From: an uncultured Bacillota bacterium
GTDB taxonomy: Bacteria > Bacillota_I > Bacilli_A > RF39 > UBA660
Length of the DNA stretch: 64,000 bases
Reading direction: 5' to 3'
Assembly: GCA_947165005.1 (NCBI GenBank)
Contig: CAMUYN010000004.1
Span: forward strand, 1,927 to 65,926
In this document: positions 9,417 to 20,500 of the stretch, piece by piece
Position numbering within the stretch: the first letter of the stretch is position 1
How the letters are laid out: every line of letters begins with the position of its first letter
Notes under the pieces: model-generated
Told to the model about the DNA's origin: nothing
Seen by the model: the letters and a program-made list of their open reading frames with translations, nothing else
Database searches by the model: none
Position numbers and translations under genes: made by a program

Positions 9417-12400
9417 ATGGAAAATAAAAATAATAATAAAAGAATAGCTATTTATATAGCAGTATTGATTGCGCTTTTAGGGGGCAGTTTTATTATTTAT
9501 AAGATAGCAAGTGCATCTATAAATAATGCAGTTATTAGTAGAATTACTTTGACTTCAATTGAGACAGGTAATAATATTGATCCAGAAGGAGAAGATAATT
9601 TAGTTACTACCTGTGAAAGTGAGGATGCTTGCTTTAGTACATATACTGCATCAAAAGATAGTAGTAAAGAAAATATATTAGTAAAATCTTTTGATAAGAT
9701 TAAATATAATTTTAATTTTAATATTGTGGATTCTTCTGATTCAACACATGATATTGATGATGTAACAATTAATTTGAAAGTAAATCTTTCTGAAGAAGAT
9801 AAGAAATATGTTTCCTTTGATGGCATAAATTGTTCTAATGATGGATTATGCATAATTAGAAATAATAGTTCTTATGAAGCAAGTAATTATTCAGTAACTT
9901 TAAATGTTAATAATGCTCCAAATGGGTATGAGATTAAACCAACTTTTACATTTGATGTTGAAGATAACAAATTAGATACACCTGTAGTACTAGGATACAA
10001 TGAACTAAGTGAAACAAATTATTATTATTCTTATTTAGATGGAACATATTCATTTAATGGACCAGATAATAAAATGCCAACAATTGTTTCATCAAGTGAA
10101 GGAACTATTTCATATGTTTTATATCCAAACTCATCAGATACTAATTTTACACAAGGTGCTAAATATGATGGAAAAGATGGTAGATTTATTACTTATTTAC
10201 TAGGTATAAAAACAGATGGATCGTTATCTGGAACATATTATCCTAGTAATGAAATCACATTCAAAATTAATTTTTCACAAGATAATAGCTTAATACCTAT
10301 AGTACAAGATAATTGGATTAGATTTTATGATAACAATATAGTAGATAGTATAAGACCAATAACTTATAGTTTACCATATAGTATATTAAATTTAGATTCA
10401 GATAGATCAATAAGAAGACCAGGTAATATTTCAATATCAAAAAATGGATATGAAATAAATGTTAAAGTATCTGATTTCGATATTCTTTTAGATGGACCAT
10501 CTAAGAATGCTAATGATACAGACATAGATGGATCATATATATCAACACTTGCTATTACTAATTTCTCACCTAGAGGAGAAGCTGATGGACAAAATGTGAT
10601 TAATAATACAATTACATTATCAACAATTGATAATCAATTAATTGGAACTAGAACTATTGAAAACTCATATGAACAAGTTGCTGTTTCTTCAGGAAACAAT
10701 TTAAATGAGGAAAATAGTGCGGATATAGTAACATCATCTTCTTGGTATGATGAAAGTGAAACTACTCCATTATCACTTAGAAATGGAGGTTCAGGATCTG
10801 TTTCAAAAGGAACAATTGTTAAATATATTACTAAATTTAAAAATAATAAAACTTCTTTAAATAGTGGTTTAAAAGAAGTAATAAAATTTGATACATACGC
10901 CTATAGAGTTCTTCCATATGATACAAATAATGATATTGATATTAGAATTAAATGTGGAACAACAGATTGTAAAAATATATCATCAGATGATTTTGATATA
11001 AAATTTGTAAGTGGCTCTTTTGATTATTTTATTGATGATATAGTACAATATGAATTAAATGATATATCATCACTAAAATTATCAGATAATGATAAATCAA
11101 TTGCTAGTGCATGTTCAAATATTGATTTAACAAGTCTTAATAAAGATCAAATTCAAAATTTATATGGTGGACCATGTATAAAGGCTAAAGATAATATAGA
11201 AACTATATTTGATAAAATAAGTGATGCAACTAAGGTTTCTGGTGATACTGATACAGAAATTCCAATTAGTAAAATAATAGTTCAAACTAAAAAGGGTGTA
11301 ACTTTACCAGATGGAGCAGAAGTAACTGCAATAGTAAAAGCAAGAGTAAGAAATGTGTCTGATTTAACACATAATTATCAAGCAACTACCATGATTTCTA
11401 CATCTGATTATGATAATGAATTATATTATTATGCACCACAAATTAATGAAGCAATATCTAAAGATAACTATATTAAAACTGCATATGTGGGAAATACATC
11501 TATTGATTCTTATGACTTTATTGGAGATTCACTTAAAATAGTTAACTTTACACTTAGACAAAATATTAGTGTTACTAATAAAAATAGTGATGGTTCTTTG
11601 AAAACAAAATATAGAACTACTAATAATGAAATAATTACTTATAAATTAGAAACATCTTTAAGTGATAATAGTATGGATTTACAAGCAGATGATACTTGGT
11701 ATATCAAGAAAATATATACCTATGTATATATTCCAAAAACATTAGAGTATGTTCCTGACGATGGTTTAATTAAACCAGATATGGTTATAGATGATATAAA
11801 TGATACAGTTTTAAAATATACTATTGTTTCTTCTGGAGATAAAATTAAAGCTAATATGAAGATAAAGGATATTTATTTTAAAACTAAATTATCTCCTAAA
11901 TTAAGTGGACAAACAACAAATATAGTTGTCAGAAGTTATCCTGAAGGAGAAAACATTAATGGTGAAATTGATACTACAATAAGAAGTGGTAAGATGGCAG
12001 AATTTACTATTCAAGGAACAGGTATTAATGAAGTAATTGGATCAATATCAACTGGAAATTCCGGATCTGTTATAGAAAAGGATGGAACAATTGATTATGT
12101 ATTAAATGCTTATAATAATACTGGTGATGATGTAAATGATTATAAAATTATTGATGTTTTACCATATAATAGAGATAATAATAACTCTAGTTTTAATGGA
12201 AGTTATTCAGTTAAGATTACTTCTGATTTGGTTAATTTAGATAATATAAAATGTACAAAAGTATCACCAAATGAAATTAATAAAGATAATGATGATATAT
12301 GGAAATCTTGTGGAGATATCAAGAATTCATTTGTTTCTGATATTACAGGAATAAAAATTGATAATATTTCTATTGAACAAGAATCTTCTATGGATGAAAT

Positions 12401-14018
12401 AATTATTAGTTTGAAAACAAAAGATAATAAATCATCTGATAAATATAACAATAGTTTTAAAGGATACGCTAGTGGTTCAAATGAAAATGTTTCAAATGTA
12501 GTTGAAGTATCAGTTGTTAATAGGACAATTTCTGGAATAGTTTTCTTAGATGAAGAAGAAAATGGCGTAAAAGAAGATAATGAATCATTTATTAAAGATG
12601 TACCTGTTACTCTATATAAGATAAGCGAAACAGATGAATTAGATAAAGTAGCAGATACTACTACTGATGAAAATGGATATTATGAATTTAATAATTTAGA
12701 AAAAGGTAGATATAAGATAAGAGCAAAATATGATGTTAATAAATATGATTTAACTCTTAGATATGCTACTGAAGATACTTCAAAAGATTCTGATGCTTAT
12801 TTAATTGATTCTAATGGAACTATAGAAATAAGTGATAAAAATGAGGCTTCAAAAGGATTACTTCTTTCGGAAGAAATAAATGAATTATCTAATATGGATA
12901 TTGGATTAACTATTAAACATACTTTTGGATTTGTTATGAGCAAATATATTACTAGAATAGATTTATCTAATAATGGTTTATTAACTACAACTGATTATGA
13001 TAATTTATCAAAAGTATCAATAAATGTTATTAATCCAAAAAAATATACAGCAAAAGTATATTATGGAATATCAATTACAAATAATTCAAATAAAGCTGGA
13101 TATATTAACTTAGTTAAAGAGGATATACCAAATGGATTTATATTTGATAAGAATTATCCAGAAAATGCCGGATGGTTTGAAATGAATGGTATGTTAGGAA
13201 ATAGAAGTTTAGAAACTAAACTTGTTAGGCCTAATGAAACAGTATATCTACAAATAGTATTATTCTTACCAGCAAGAGATGAGGCGGGATCATTTATTAA
13301 TACTGCAAGTGTTGCAGAAGTAACTGAGTTTAATCCGACTACAAAAGTTATAAAAGAAAATGAATATGTTAATTCAGATGAATATCAAGTTGGCGATTCT
13401 CTAAGATATGCAGGAGTTAATTTCCATGTAATTGGTGCAGTACCAAATGGAAATGAACAAATACTAACTTTACTTGCTGATTCTAATCAAACTTCATTAA
13501 ATCATTTACCAAGTAATGGTGTTTATAAATGGAGTAATTCAATTATTAATAATTATATAAATAATGAATGGATCAATTTGCACAATATTAATCCTTCATC
13601 ATTAATACCATTTAATATATGTGATGATGCATCTGGATTATTTAATTCAAATGCAAATGGTGGAGTAGTAGATGCTAATAGTTGTGCATCAAATATTTAT
13701 ACAACATCTAATGCAAGATTACTTACTCAAGCAGAATTTAATACATTAATTAATAACTTAACTGATTCAAGTTTCTTATTTAACGGTGATTTCTGGTTAA
13801 TGGATGCAGTTTATGCTTCAAATGGAGATTATAATGAGTATGGAGAACTTAATGCGAATTATGATACATCAAATCTAGTTAAATATGTTAATTCATCAAG
13901 TTCTAGTGTACTTCCAGTACAAGGAACTAGTGGATTTGATAAGAATGTTAATGTTACATCTAAATTACAAGTTAGACCAGTAATTAGGATATCAACAAAT
14001 AACATTATATTGGAATAA
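9417..14018 (+). CDS. 1533-aa surface/secreted protein with N-terminal signal-anchor and no C-terminal anchor
   Basis: SD AGGTGAG. N-terminus KRIAIYIAVLIALLGGSFIIY. It contains DUF11-like segments, an SdrD-B-like domain and a DUF6273-like C-terminal domain (see sub-features). Confidence 0.85.
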   Translation: MENKNNNKRIAIYIAVLIALLGGSFIIYKIASASINNAVISRITLTSIETGNNIDPEGEDNLVTTCESEDACFSTYTASKDSSKENILVKSFDKIKYNFNFNIVDSSDSTHDIDDVTINLKVNLSEEDKKYVSFDGINCSNDGLCIIRNNSSYEASNYSVTLNVNNAPNGYEIKPTFTFDVEDNKLDTPVVLGYNELSETNYYYSYLDGTYSFNGPDNKMPTIVSSSEGTISYVLYPNSSDTNFTQGAKYDGKDGRFITYLLGIKTDGSLSGTYYPSNEITFKINFSQDNSLIPIVQDNWIRFYDNNIVDSIRPITYSLPYSILNLDSDRSIRRPGNISISKNGYEINVKVSDFDILLDGPSKNANDTDIDGSYISTLAITNFSPRGEADGQNVINNTITLSTIDNQLIGTRTIENSYEQVAVSSGNNLNEENSADIVTSSSWYDESETTPLSLRNGGSGSVSKGTIVKYITKFKNNKTSLNSGLKEVIKFDTYAYRVLPYDTNNDIDIRIKCGTTDCKNISSDDFDIKFVSGSFDYFIDDIVQYELNDISSLKLSDNDKSIASACSNIDLTSLNKDQIQNLYGGPCIKAKDNIETIFDKISDATKVSGDTDTEIPISKIIVQTKKGVTLPDGAEVTAIVKARVRNVSDLTHNYQATTMISTSDYDNELYYYAPQINEAISKDNYIKTAYVGNTSIDSYDFIGDSLKIVNFTLRQNISVTNKNSDGSLKTKYRTTNNEIITYKLETSLSDNSMDLQADDTWYIKKIYTYVYIPKTLEYVPDDGLIKPDMVIDDINDTVLKYTIVSSGDKIKANMKIKDIYFKTKLSPKLSGQTTNIVVRSYPEGENINGEIDTTIRSGKMAEFTIQGTGINEVIGSISTGNSGSVIEKDGTIDYVLNAYNNTGDDVNDYKIIDVLPYNRDNNNSSFNGSYSVKITSDLVNLDNIKCTKVSPNEINKDNDDIWKSCGDIKNSFVSDITGIKIDNISIEQESSMDEIIISLKTKDNKSSDKYNNSFKGYASGSNENVSNVVEVSVVNRTISGIVFLDEEENGVKEDNESFIKDVPVTLYKISETDELDKVADTTTDENGYYEFNNLEKGRYKIRAKYDVNKYDLTLRYATEDTSKDSDAYLIDSNGTIEISDKNEASKGLLLSEEINELSNMDIGLTIKHTFGFVMSKYITRIDLSNNGLLTTTDYDNLSKVSINVINPKKYTAKVYYGISITNNSNKAGYINLVKEDIPNGFIFDKNYPENAGWFEMNGMLGNRSLETKLVRPNETVYLQIVLFLPARDEAGSFINTASVAEVTEFNPTTKVIKENEYVNSDEYQVGDSLRYAGVNFHVIGAVPNGNEQILTLLADSNQTSLNHLPSNGVYKWSNSIINNYINNEWINLHNINPSSLIPFNICDDASGLFNSNANGGVVDANSCASNIYTTSNARLLTQAEFNTLINNLTDSSFLFNGDFWLMDAVYASNGDYNEYGELNANYDTSNLVKYVNSSSSSVLPVQGTSGFDKNVNVTSKLQVRPVIRISTNNIILE
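12528..12835 (+). other. SdrD B-like (Cna-B-type) domain inside the 1533-aa protein
   Basis: ISGIVFLDEEENGVKEDNESFIKDVPVTLYK...TTTDENGYYEFNNLEKGRYKIRAKY...DSDA fits the G-x-V-[FW]-x-D-x-N-x-N-G...T-x-x-G-x-Y-x-F-x-L-x-x-G-x-Y...DSD pattern. Confidence 0.6.
13383..14015 (+). other. DUF6273-like C-terminal domain
   Basis: YQVGDSLRYAGVNFHVIG...ILTLLAD...WSNSIINNYINNEW...ARLLTQAEF...FWLMDA...QVRPVIRIS follows the pattern known for DUF6273 (W-V-L, LLS-x-E, YWLRS, VRPA near the end). Confidence 0.45.
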
Positions 14019-14029
14019 AGAGGGATAAT

Positions 14030-14587
14030 ATGAAGATAATAAATAAATATAAAAATCAATTAGTCATAGGAGCAATTACCATTTTAGCTTTAATTGCTTC
14101 TATGATAATATTCTATAAACTAGATAATGATGGAATGAATAATTATGGTATATATAATGTTAAATATAAAGTATATCAAAATAATAAATGGTCTAAATCA
14201 TCAAGAAATGGTATTGAAATAGGAGATAAGATAAATCCTATAAAAAATATAGAAATTAGTACAAAAGAAAATGAAGGTAAAGTATATTTTTATACTTATA
14301 CTAATGAATGGTCAGAACAAACATTTATAAAGGGTGAAAATAATGAAAAAGATATCTCTGGTATAAAAATGAAATTATCTGACAAATTATATAAAAAATA
14401 TAAAGTATGTTATAGAACATATAATAAAAAAGATAAATGGCTTAACTGGGCATGTAGTGGTGAAATAAGTGGAAATAAAAAAGAACCAATAACTGCTATC
14501 GAAATAAAGATTATTCCAAAAAATAGTGTTAAGTTTGAATATCTAAAAGACTATAATAAAGTATTAAACAATAGTGAAAACTTCTAG
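14030..14587 (+). CDS. Membrane-anchored protein with three degenerate ChW-like repeats
   Basis: N-terminal helix LVIGAITILALIASMIIFY. Three Y-x-x-Y/H...W...G...I-x-x-I-x-I units, for example KVCYRTYNKKDKWLNWACSGEISGNKKEPITAIEIKI. It starts 11 nt after the upstream stop and has SD AGAGGG. Confidence 0.5.
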   Translation: MKIINKYKNQLVIGAITILALIASMIIFYKLDNDGMNNYGIYNVKYKVYQNNKWSKSSRNGIEIGDKINPIKNIEISTKENEGKVYFYTYTNEWSEQTFIKGENNEKDISGIKMKLSDKLYKKYKVCYRTYNKKDKWLNWACSGEISGNKKEPITAIEIKIIPKNSVKFEYLKDYNKVLNNSENF

Positions 14588-14598
14588 AGGAGGGCTAT

Positions 14599-17500
14599 AT
14601 GATTAAGAGATTTTTAAATAGAAAGAATCTAAGAATATTTGCATTAATCTTTTCATTAATATTAGTATTAGTTGCAATATATTATATAGATTTAGCAAAA
14701 TTTAATTCTAAACTCGTTAAATATGATAGTAAATATCTAATAAAAGTAACATATTTAATCGGTGATAGAGATAAATTAGATGAAAATATCACAATAGATG
14801 ATACAATTTTTAATAATGATGATTCTATTTTATATAACGCTTCTCAAAGAGTTCCACTTACAAAAAATGGAGATTATTTAGAAGCAGATTTAAGTTCATT
14901 TACAAATAAGATTCTATTAGAACATGTTTCGGATTATGTATTTGCTAATAATAACTTAAATGGTGAAACGGTAGAAGGATGTACTTATGATAAAGAAAAG
15001 AAGGTAATCAGGGTACCATTTAGTTTTTATAAGGATATAGATTCAAAATCAAATACTGCTCCTATTCAAATTGAAATTGAAAGCTTATTAACTAATAAAG
15101 AAATCAAAAATCTTAAGACAGATTATAGTGTAAAGAAATTAATTACATATAATAATACTGCAAGTAATGAACTTATGCAGTTAGATACAAAAATATCATT
15201 ATCTAATTATATTAATAGTGATTTATCTAAAGAAAATGTTTATGTATATTTAAATAATTCAAAAAATAGTTTAGACAAAGATTCATTTGAATATGATTAT
15301 AAAACAAAAACATTAATTATTGATATGCCTGCAATACTTATTAATAAGGTAGATATTAAAATAGGAAATAATATAATTAAAAATGTTTTTGCAGTAACTC
15401 CCGCTCAAATGACAGGATATAAGTTGACAGAAAAGCCACAGAATTTATTAGATTATAACAATTATAGGACTAGAGGTATGGTTTGGTCTGGTTCCTATGA
15501 AGGAGTATCGAATAATAATTTATTATTATATTGTTATGATACTACTACGAGAACTATAGAAGGTGGAAAGCAACAATGTATTGATTTTACTGTTGGTAAT
15601 ACAACATATGGTAAAACTGCAAATGATGCAGTAACAGTGTTTATGTATGATAGATCATATAGATGGACAGGATCAGAATATGCTGTTGCAAATACTCCTG
15701 GTTCATCTGGAGCACAATATAATGGCGATATGTGGCCTTATATGGTAAATACGGGGCATGCAACAATAAATGATGATGGACTAACTTTCTTGCCATTTGA
15801 AGATCCTGATTTATACATATTATTAGAATGTATTCATGATTCTGAAGCCGTAGCAAAAGCTTCAACAGATCCTATCTTTGTTAGAATAGGTATTTCTGAA
15901 GATCATAGCAGTGATAATTACTTAATTTTAAAGGCAACAACAGAAACCAAAGACCGTAACAAAGGTGGCTGGGGTGCTCAAATGGGTAAAGCATATTTTA
16001 AAGTGTATTGGGAAGACTCAACTTGTAAATTACCTGTTTCAAAAACCTTACAGTTAATATCACCTGATAGCACAGATGTTGCAACAGTATCAGCAGGTTT
16101 ATATACTAATAGTACTTGTACTGGTACACCTTTAGAAACAAAAAATATAAATGTAACTTTGGCCGATCAAGCTAGTACTTCTACAACATTTGATACAGAT
16201 TTACAAATTGGGCAAACATATTATTATAATGAAATAGGATTTACTGGACCAGGTGGAGTTAATTTGATGCCAAAATTTAACTACATGAATTGGCCTTGCT
16301 CCGATAGAGTAGCAGCAGATGATGATGGCGATGGATTATGCGATGATCCTGTCAACATGTATAATAATGAAGTGTCATACTGTTATAAAGTGTTTAAAAC
16401 AGATAAGGAGACGGGAAATCCGGTTAGGAATACGACATGGACAATGACTGGTGAAGATGGAGTTGTATATAGTCCAATTGTATTTGAGGAAAATAATAGT
16501 GCAACATTTACGGGTTTACCATATCAAAACTATACATTAAAAGAAACTACAGCTAATCCAGCTGACTTAGATGGAAATTCCAGTTTCGATTACTTTAACG
16601 ATAATGCAGCAGGAGTAACTGTTAATAAAACTAGTTTAACTCTAGAACCAGGCAGTTGTAATTCTACAACAAAAACAGATACTAAAGTATATTATTGTAT
16701 TAAGATAAAGAAAATGGATTATTCAACTGGCGAGGCCCTTGATGGGGCAGAATTTACTGCTACAAAGGGAAATAGGACTATAGATAAAAATAGTTCTGAT
16801 TATAGTTCTTCCAATGGAATTACCTCATTCTTTATAGGAGATAGTTCAACAATTGGTGCTTTCACTATAACTGAAACAGTTGCTCCTCCAGGATATACAA
16901 TTTTTGAAAGCAGCAAAGTAGTTTATCCAGTTGCATTATATGAATATGCAAGCGAAGGTGCTGCAAGAACTGCATGTTTAGGAAATAATACGCTTGCTTA
17001 TGATGGATCATCATTTGCTTCAAAAACATATAATAATGGAACTAACAATTATGTGTTTAGAGAAAAGAGTTATTTAATAAATTGGTATAAGACTGTAGAA
17101 GATGGTACAACAAAAGCTGATGGGGCTAAGTTCAAAGTAAGAAAACAAGGGACAAATCAATTTATAACAGTTAGTGCTCCAGAGAGTACAACTGACGGAA
17201 ATAGTATTAATAAAGCATGTTATCAGTATACAGGTACAAGCGAAACTGGAACAGAGATGACTGCAGGTTCTAAGGGTTCAACTAATATAAATATGACTGG
17301 TGAAGTCTGTGTTGCTGGTTTACCAACTGGAACATATACTATATATGAAACAGAAGCAGCAGAATATCATACTTTTGGTATGACAGATAATATTCATATA
17401 ACAGCAGATGATACATTTAAAGGTATGACTGATGGAAATAAGTTTATTAACTATAGAACTGAATTTGAATTCACTAAAGATGTTGCTTCTGGAGATGAAG

Positions 17501-20500
17501 TAATTAATGGAATGGACTGGAGTAGCATAACTACTGAAGAGTTAAAGCAAATTGCATTTGAAGTAACTACTGAAAACGGAAGTACACCACTTGCATTTAT
17601 TAAAGTTTCTGATGGAGTATATGAATATGTATCAAATGATATTGATTCACCAGCTGTTGTTCCACCAACACCACAATTATATATTGGTGATAATCGTAAG
17701 ATAAAAATATATCATTTACCTAAAGGAAGTTATAAAATTAAAGAGGTAAGAACATGCTGTGATACATCTTGTTCATCTTGCAATGCATCTTCTTGTAGTG
17801 GTTATTATTATCCAGAATATAATCCGGTAGATGACTTTAAATTTGTTATAGATGATTGTTCTTCATCAAATGCTTATGCAACATCATCATGTGGTGGTCA
17901 AATATCTACTGCATATACAACAAATTTACCAACTTCAATCTTACTTACTAAGAGAGATTTGTATGGATATGCAAATAGTTCAAAACCTGTAAAATTTGAA
18001 AATGAGGATGAAGTAAATGCATTTGACAATATAACATTTAGGTTAAAAGATGAAAATGGTAATTATGTTAAACTATTAAGAGTTGATGATTCTGCAACAT
18101 GTTCAAACTTCGGAACTGCAATATATAGATATGTTGATGAATCACTATTAACACAAGCTCAAAGAAATGCATTAACATATGATCTACATACATGTAATGG
18201 TCATATAGAAATAACTCATTTATGTAGAGGAAAAACATATATAATTGAAGAATATTCAGTTCCAAATAATACTGTATTTACAGTACCTGGTGTTCATATA
18301 GAAAAGACATATCAGTTACCGTTTACTGAAGATGGTAAAATGTGTTGTAATGATCATGAAGTAACACCAGTTACTCAGACTATTATTGATGATGAACCAA
18401 CTAGAATAGTTTTATACAAGAAGAATAATAGGACTAGTGATGATATTCACGAAGGAGCAAATAAAAAGGAAACTGCAACTTTTGAGGTATATGCATGTGA
18501 TTTAAATGTTGCAACATGTACTAAGAATCAATCTACTGGAAATAAAATTAAATTTGGAAATCCAATAGTACAAGGAAATGAGACAATTTATCCTGCATTA
18601 TTAGATCAAACAGCATATAGTGGTTATGTAACATCATTAAATCTTACAACTGAAGGTTCACAAGGTAAATTAGTATTAAAATATTTACCTTCAAACTATA
18701 AATATGTTGTCGTAGAAACTAATGCACCAGATGGATATTTTAATGTAATTGGTGCTCTAGCAGAAACTGAAATTGCATCGGTACCTACGAGTACAACTGA
18801 TGCTTCAGCAAATAGAAAAAATATTATTGATTATCCTACAATGATTAAATTCAAAAAGGATGATATTTATAAATATTATAGTAATAGTGATGTAGATCAA
18901 TTAAATTCTAGTAATAAAATCTTTGATACAATGACATTTGTACTAAGAGATAAAGATGGAAACATAGTTAGTCTTAAGAAAGTAGCTGATGGAGAATATA
19001 GATATATTCAAAATGATGGAACTACTACAGGCAATAATGTTACTGAATTACATACTAAAAATGGTGAATTATTAATTACTAATATTTATAGAAATGAAAA
19101 ATACTATATAGAGGAAACTAAATCTGATACAAAAGGTAATTTCATATTACCAAAGAATATTTCAAAACCATCAGGAATTCCTTCTGGATGGAATTGGAAA
19201 GGACATCCTTATGTTGTCTATAACTTAGGTTCTACATTACCAAATGGTTCTCAAGGTGGAACAGTAGCTCCTGAATCATTAACTAGTCTAATTGAAAATA
19301 AACCAACTAGGGTTGTATTTGAAAAGAGAGATAGAACTTCTGGTAGTTTAATTGATGATTCATTAAATAATGAAAAAATAACTTTCAATGTATATAGATG
19401 TCCTAAAACAGTAGAACATTGTAGAGCTAATTCACAAGGAGCAGAACTTGTATATTTTGAAGATAGAGCAGTAATTAATGGTTTAACTGATGATATATCT
19501 TCTGTTACACCACCTGTTTTAACTTATAAGTATAGTAAGACAAATTCTTCAAGCAATAAAGTATCTGATTTAATTACAGATAGAGGAGTATTAGTACTTG
19601 CTTATCTTCCTAGTGATTATAGTTATTCATTATTTGAAAAATCTTCAACTTATGGATACTATAAACCAACTGGAGCAGCAGCATATACAGATTTCACAGT
19701 ATTATCTGAATCAACTGATGAATCTGATTATGTAGATCTAACTGCTTTAGTAGAAAATACACCAACAGGATTAACATTTATTAAGAGTGATTTATATAAT
19801 TATTATACTGAAGACGATTTAAGTGCTATAAAGGCAGAATCATCAAGAATATTTGATTCTATATCATTCATATTAAGAGATAAAGATGGAAATATCTTAA
19901 ATGTAAAATGTACTTCTAATGGAGAAGTTCAAAATAATAAGAATACAAATAATTCTTGTAATACAGGAGAGTATAGATATCTTCCAGTAGATAATAAAAA
20001 CGTTATAAATGTATTGCATACTAAAAACGGTAAATTACAAGTTAATTATTTAAATGAAGGTGAAACTTACTATATAGAAGAAGTAAGTAGTGATGTAGAT
20101 AAATCATTTGTTTTACCTGATTACTTAGATAAAGATTTGAATTATGGTCAACAATTACCATTTGATAATAATGGTCATCCGGTTGTAAAATATATTCTTC
20201 CAAGTGAAATAGATTCTAATCAAGTTTCTGTTACTGCAGAGATAAAGAATATTCCAACTAGAGTTATATTTGAAAAGAGAGATAAAAAATATAATTATTT
20301 AATACCAGATGAAACTACAACATTTGAAGTTTATAGATGTCCTAAAGATAATGGAAATAACACATTGTGTAGTCCAAGTTCTTATAACACAGTAGAGGAA
20401 AGAGAGCAAGCTGGTATGAAGCTAATCAAGTTTGAACCTCGTTCTGTAATTACTAATGATTTAGAAGATCCTGGAATTGAAGTATATAAGATGATGAGTG

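Noticed and set aside
9497-9853. Antisense ORFs inside the giant genes and other long genes: 9497..9853, 12203..12451, 13859..14059, 15641..15865, 18068..18265, 21713..21940, 36784..36975, 40024..40478, 41404..41616, 42692..42952, 43803..44045, 45228..45470, 45649..45831 and 47116..47307. The same applies to 24111..24431, 26072..26275, 26987..27181, 27318..27524, 53593..54207, 55603..55827, 61964..62155 and 63219..63422.
   Set aside because: All lie fully within well-supported sense-strand genes. They have low-complexity L/I/S/F-rich translations, no SD sequences and no recognisable motifs. Shadow ORFs of this kind are expected in AT-rich DNA with few stop codons on the antisense frame.
13383-14018. 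The C-terminal lectin-like domain of the 1533-aa protein as a diversity-generating retroelement target.
   Set aside because: There is no reverse transcriptase gene in the window, and I could not find a nearby template repeat resembling the 3' end of the gene.
15480-16020. A possible thioester (TED-type) adhesin domain in the N-terminal region of the 2384-aa protein (LLLYCYD and QQCIDF resemble the [YF]-C-x-[DNE] Cys motif).
   Set aside because: I could not find the partner T-Q-x-[AIV]-[IV]-W Gln motif downstream. Two short Cys motifs alone are not sufficient. A TED HMM or a structure prediction would settle it.
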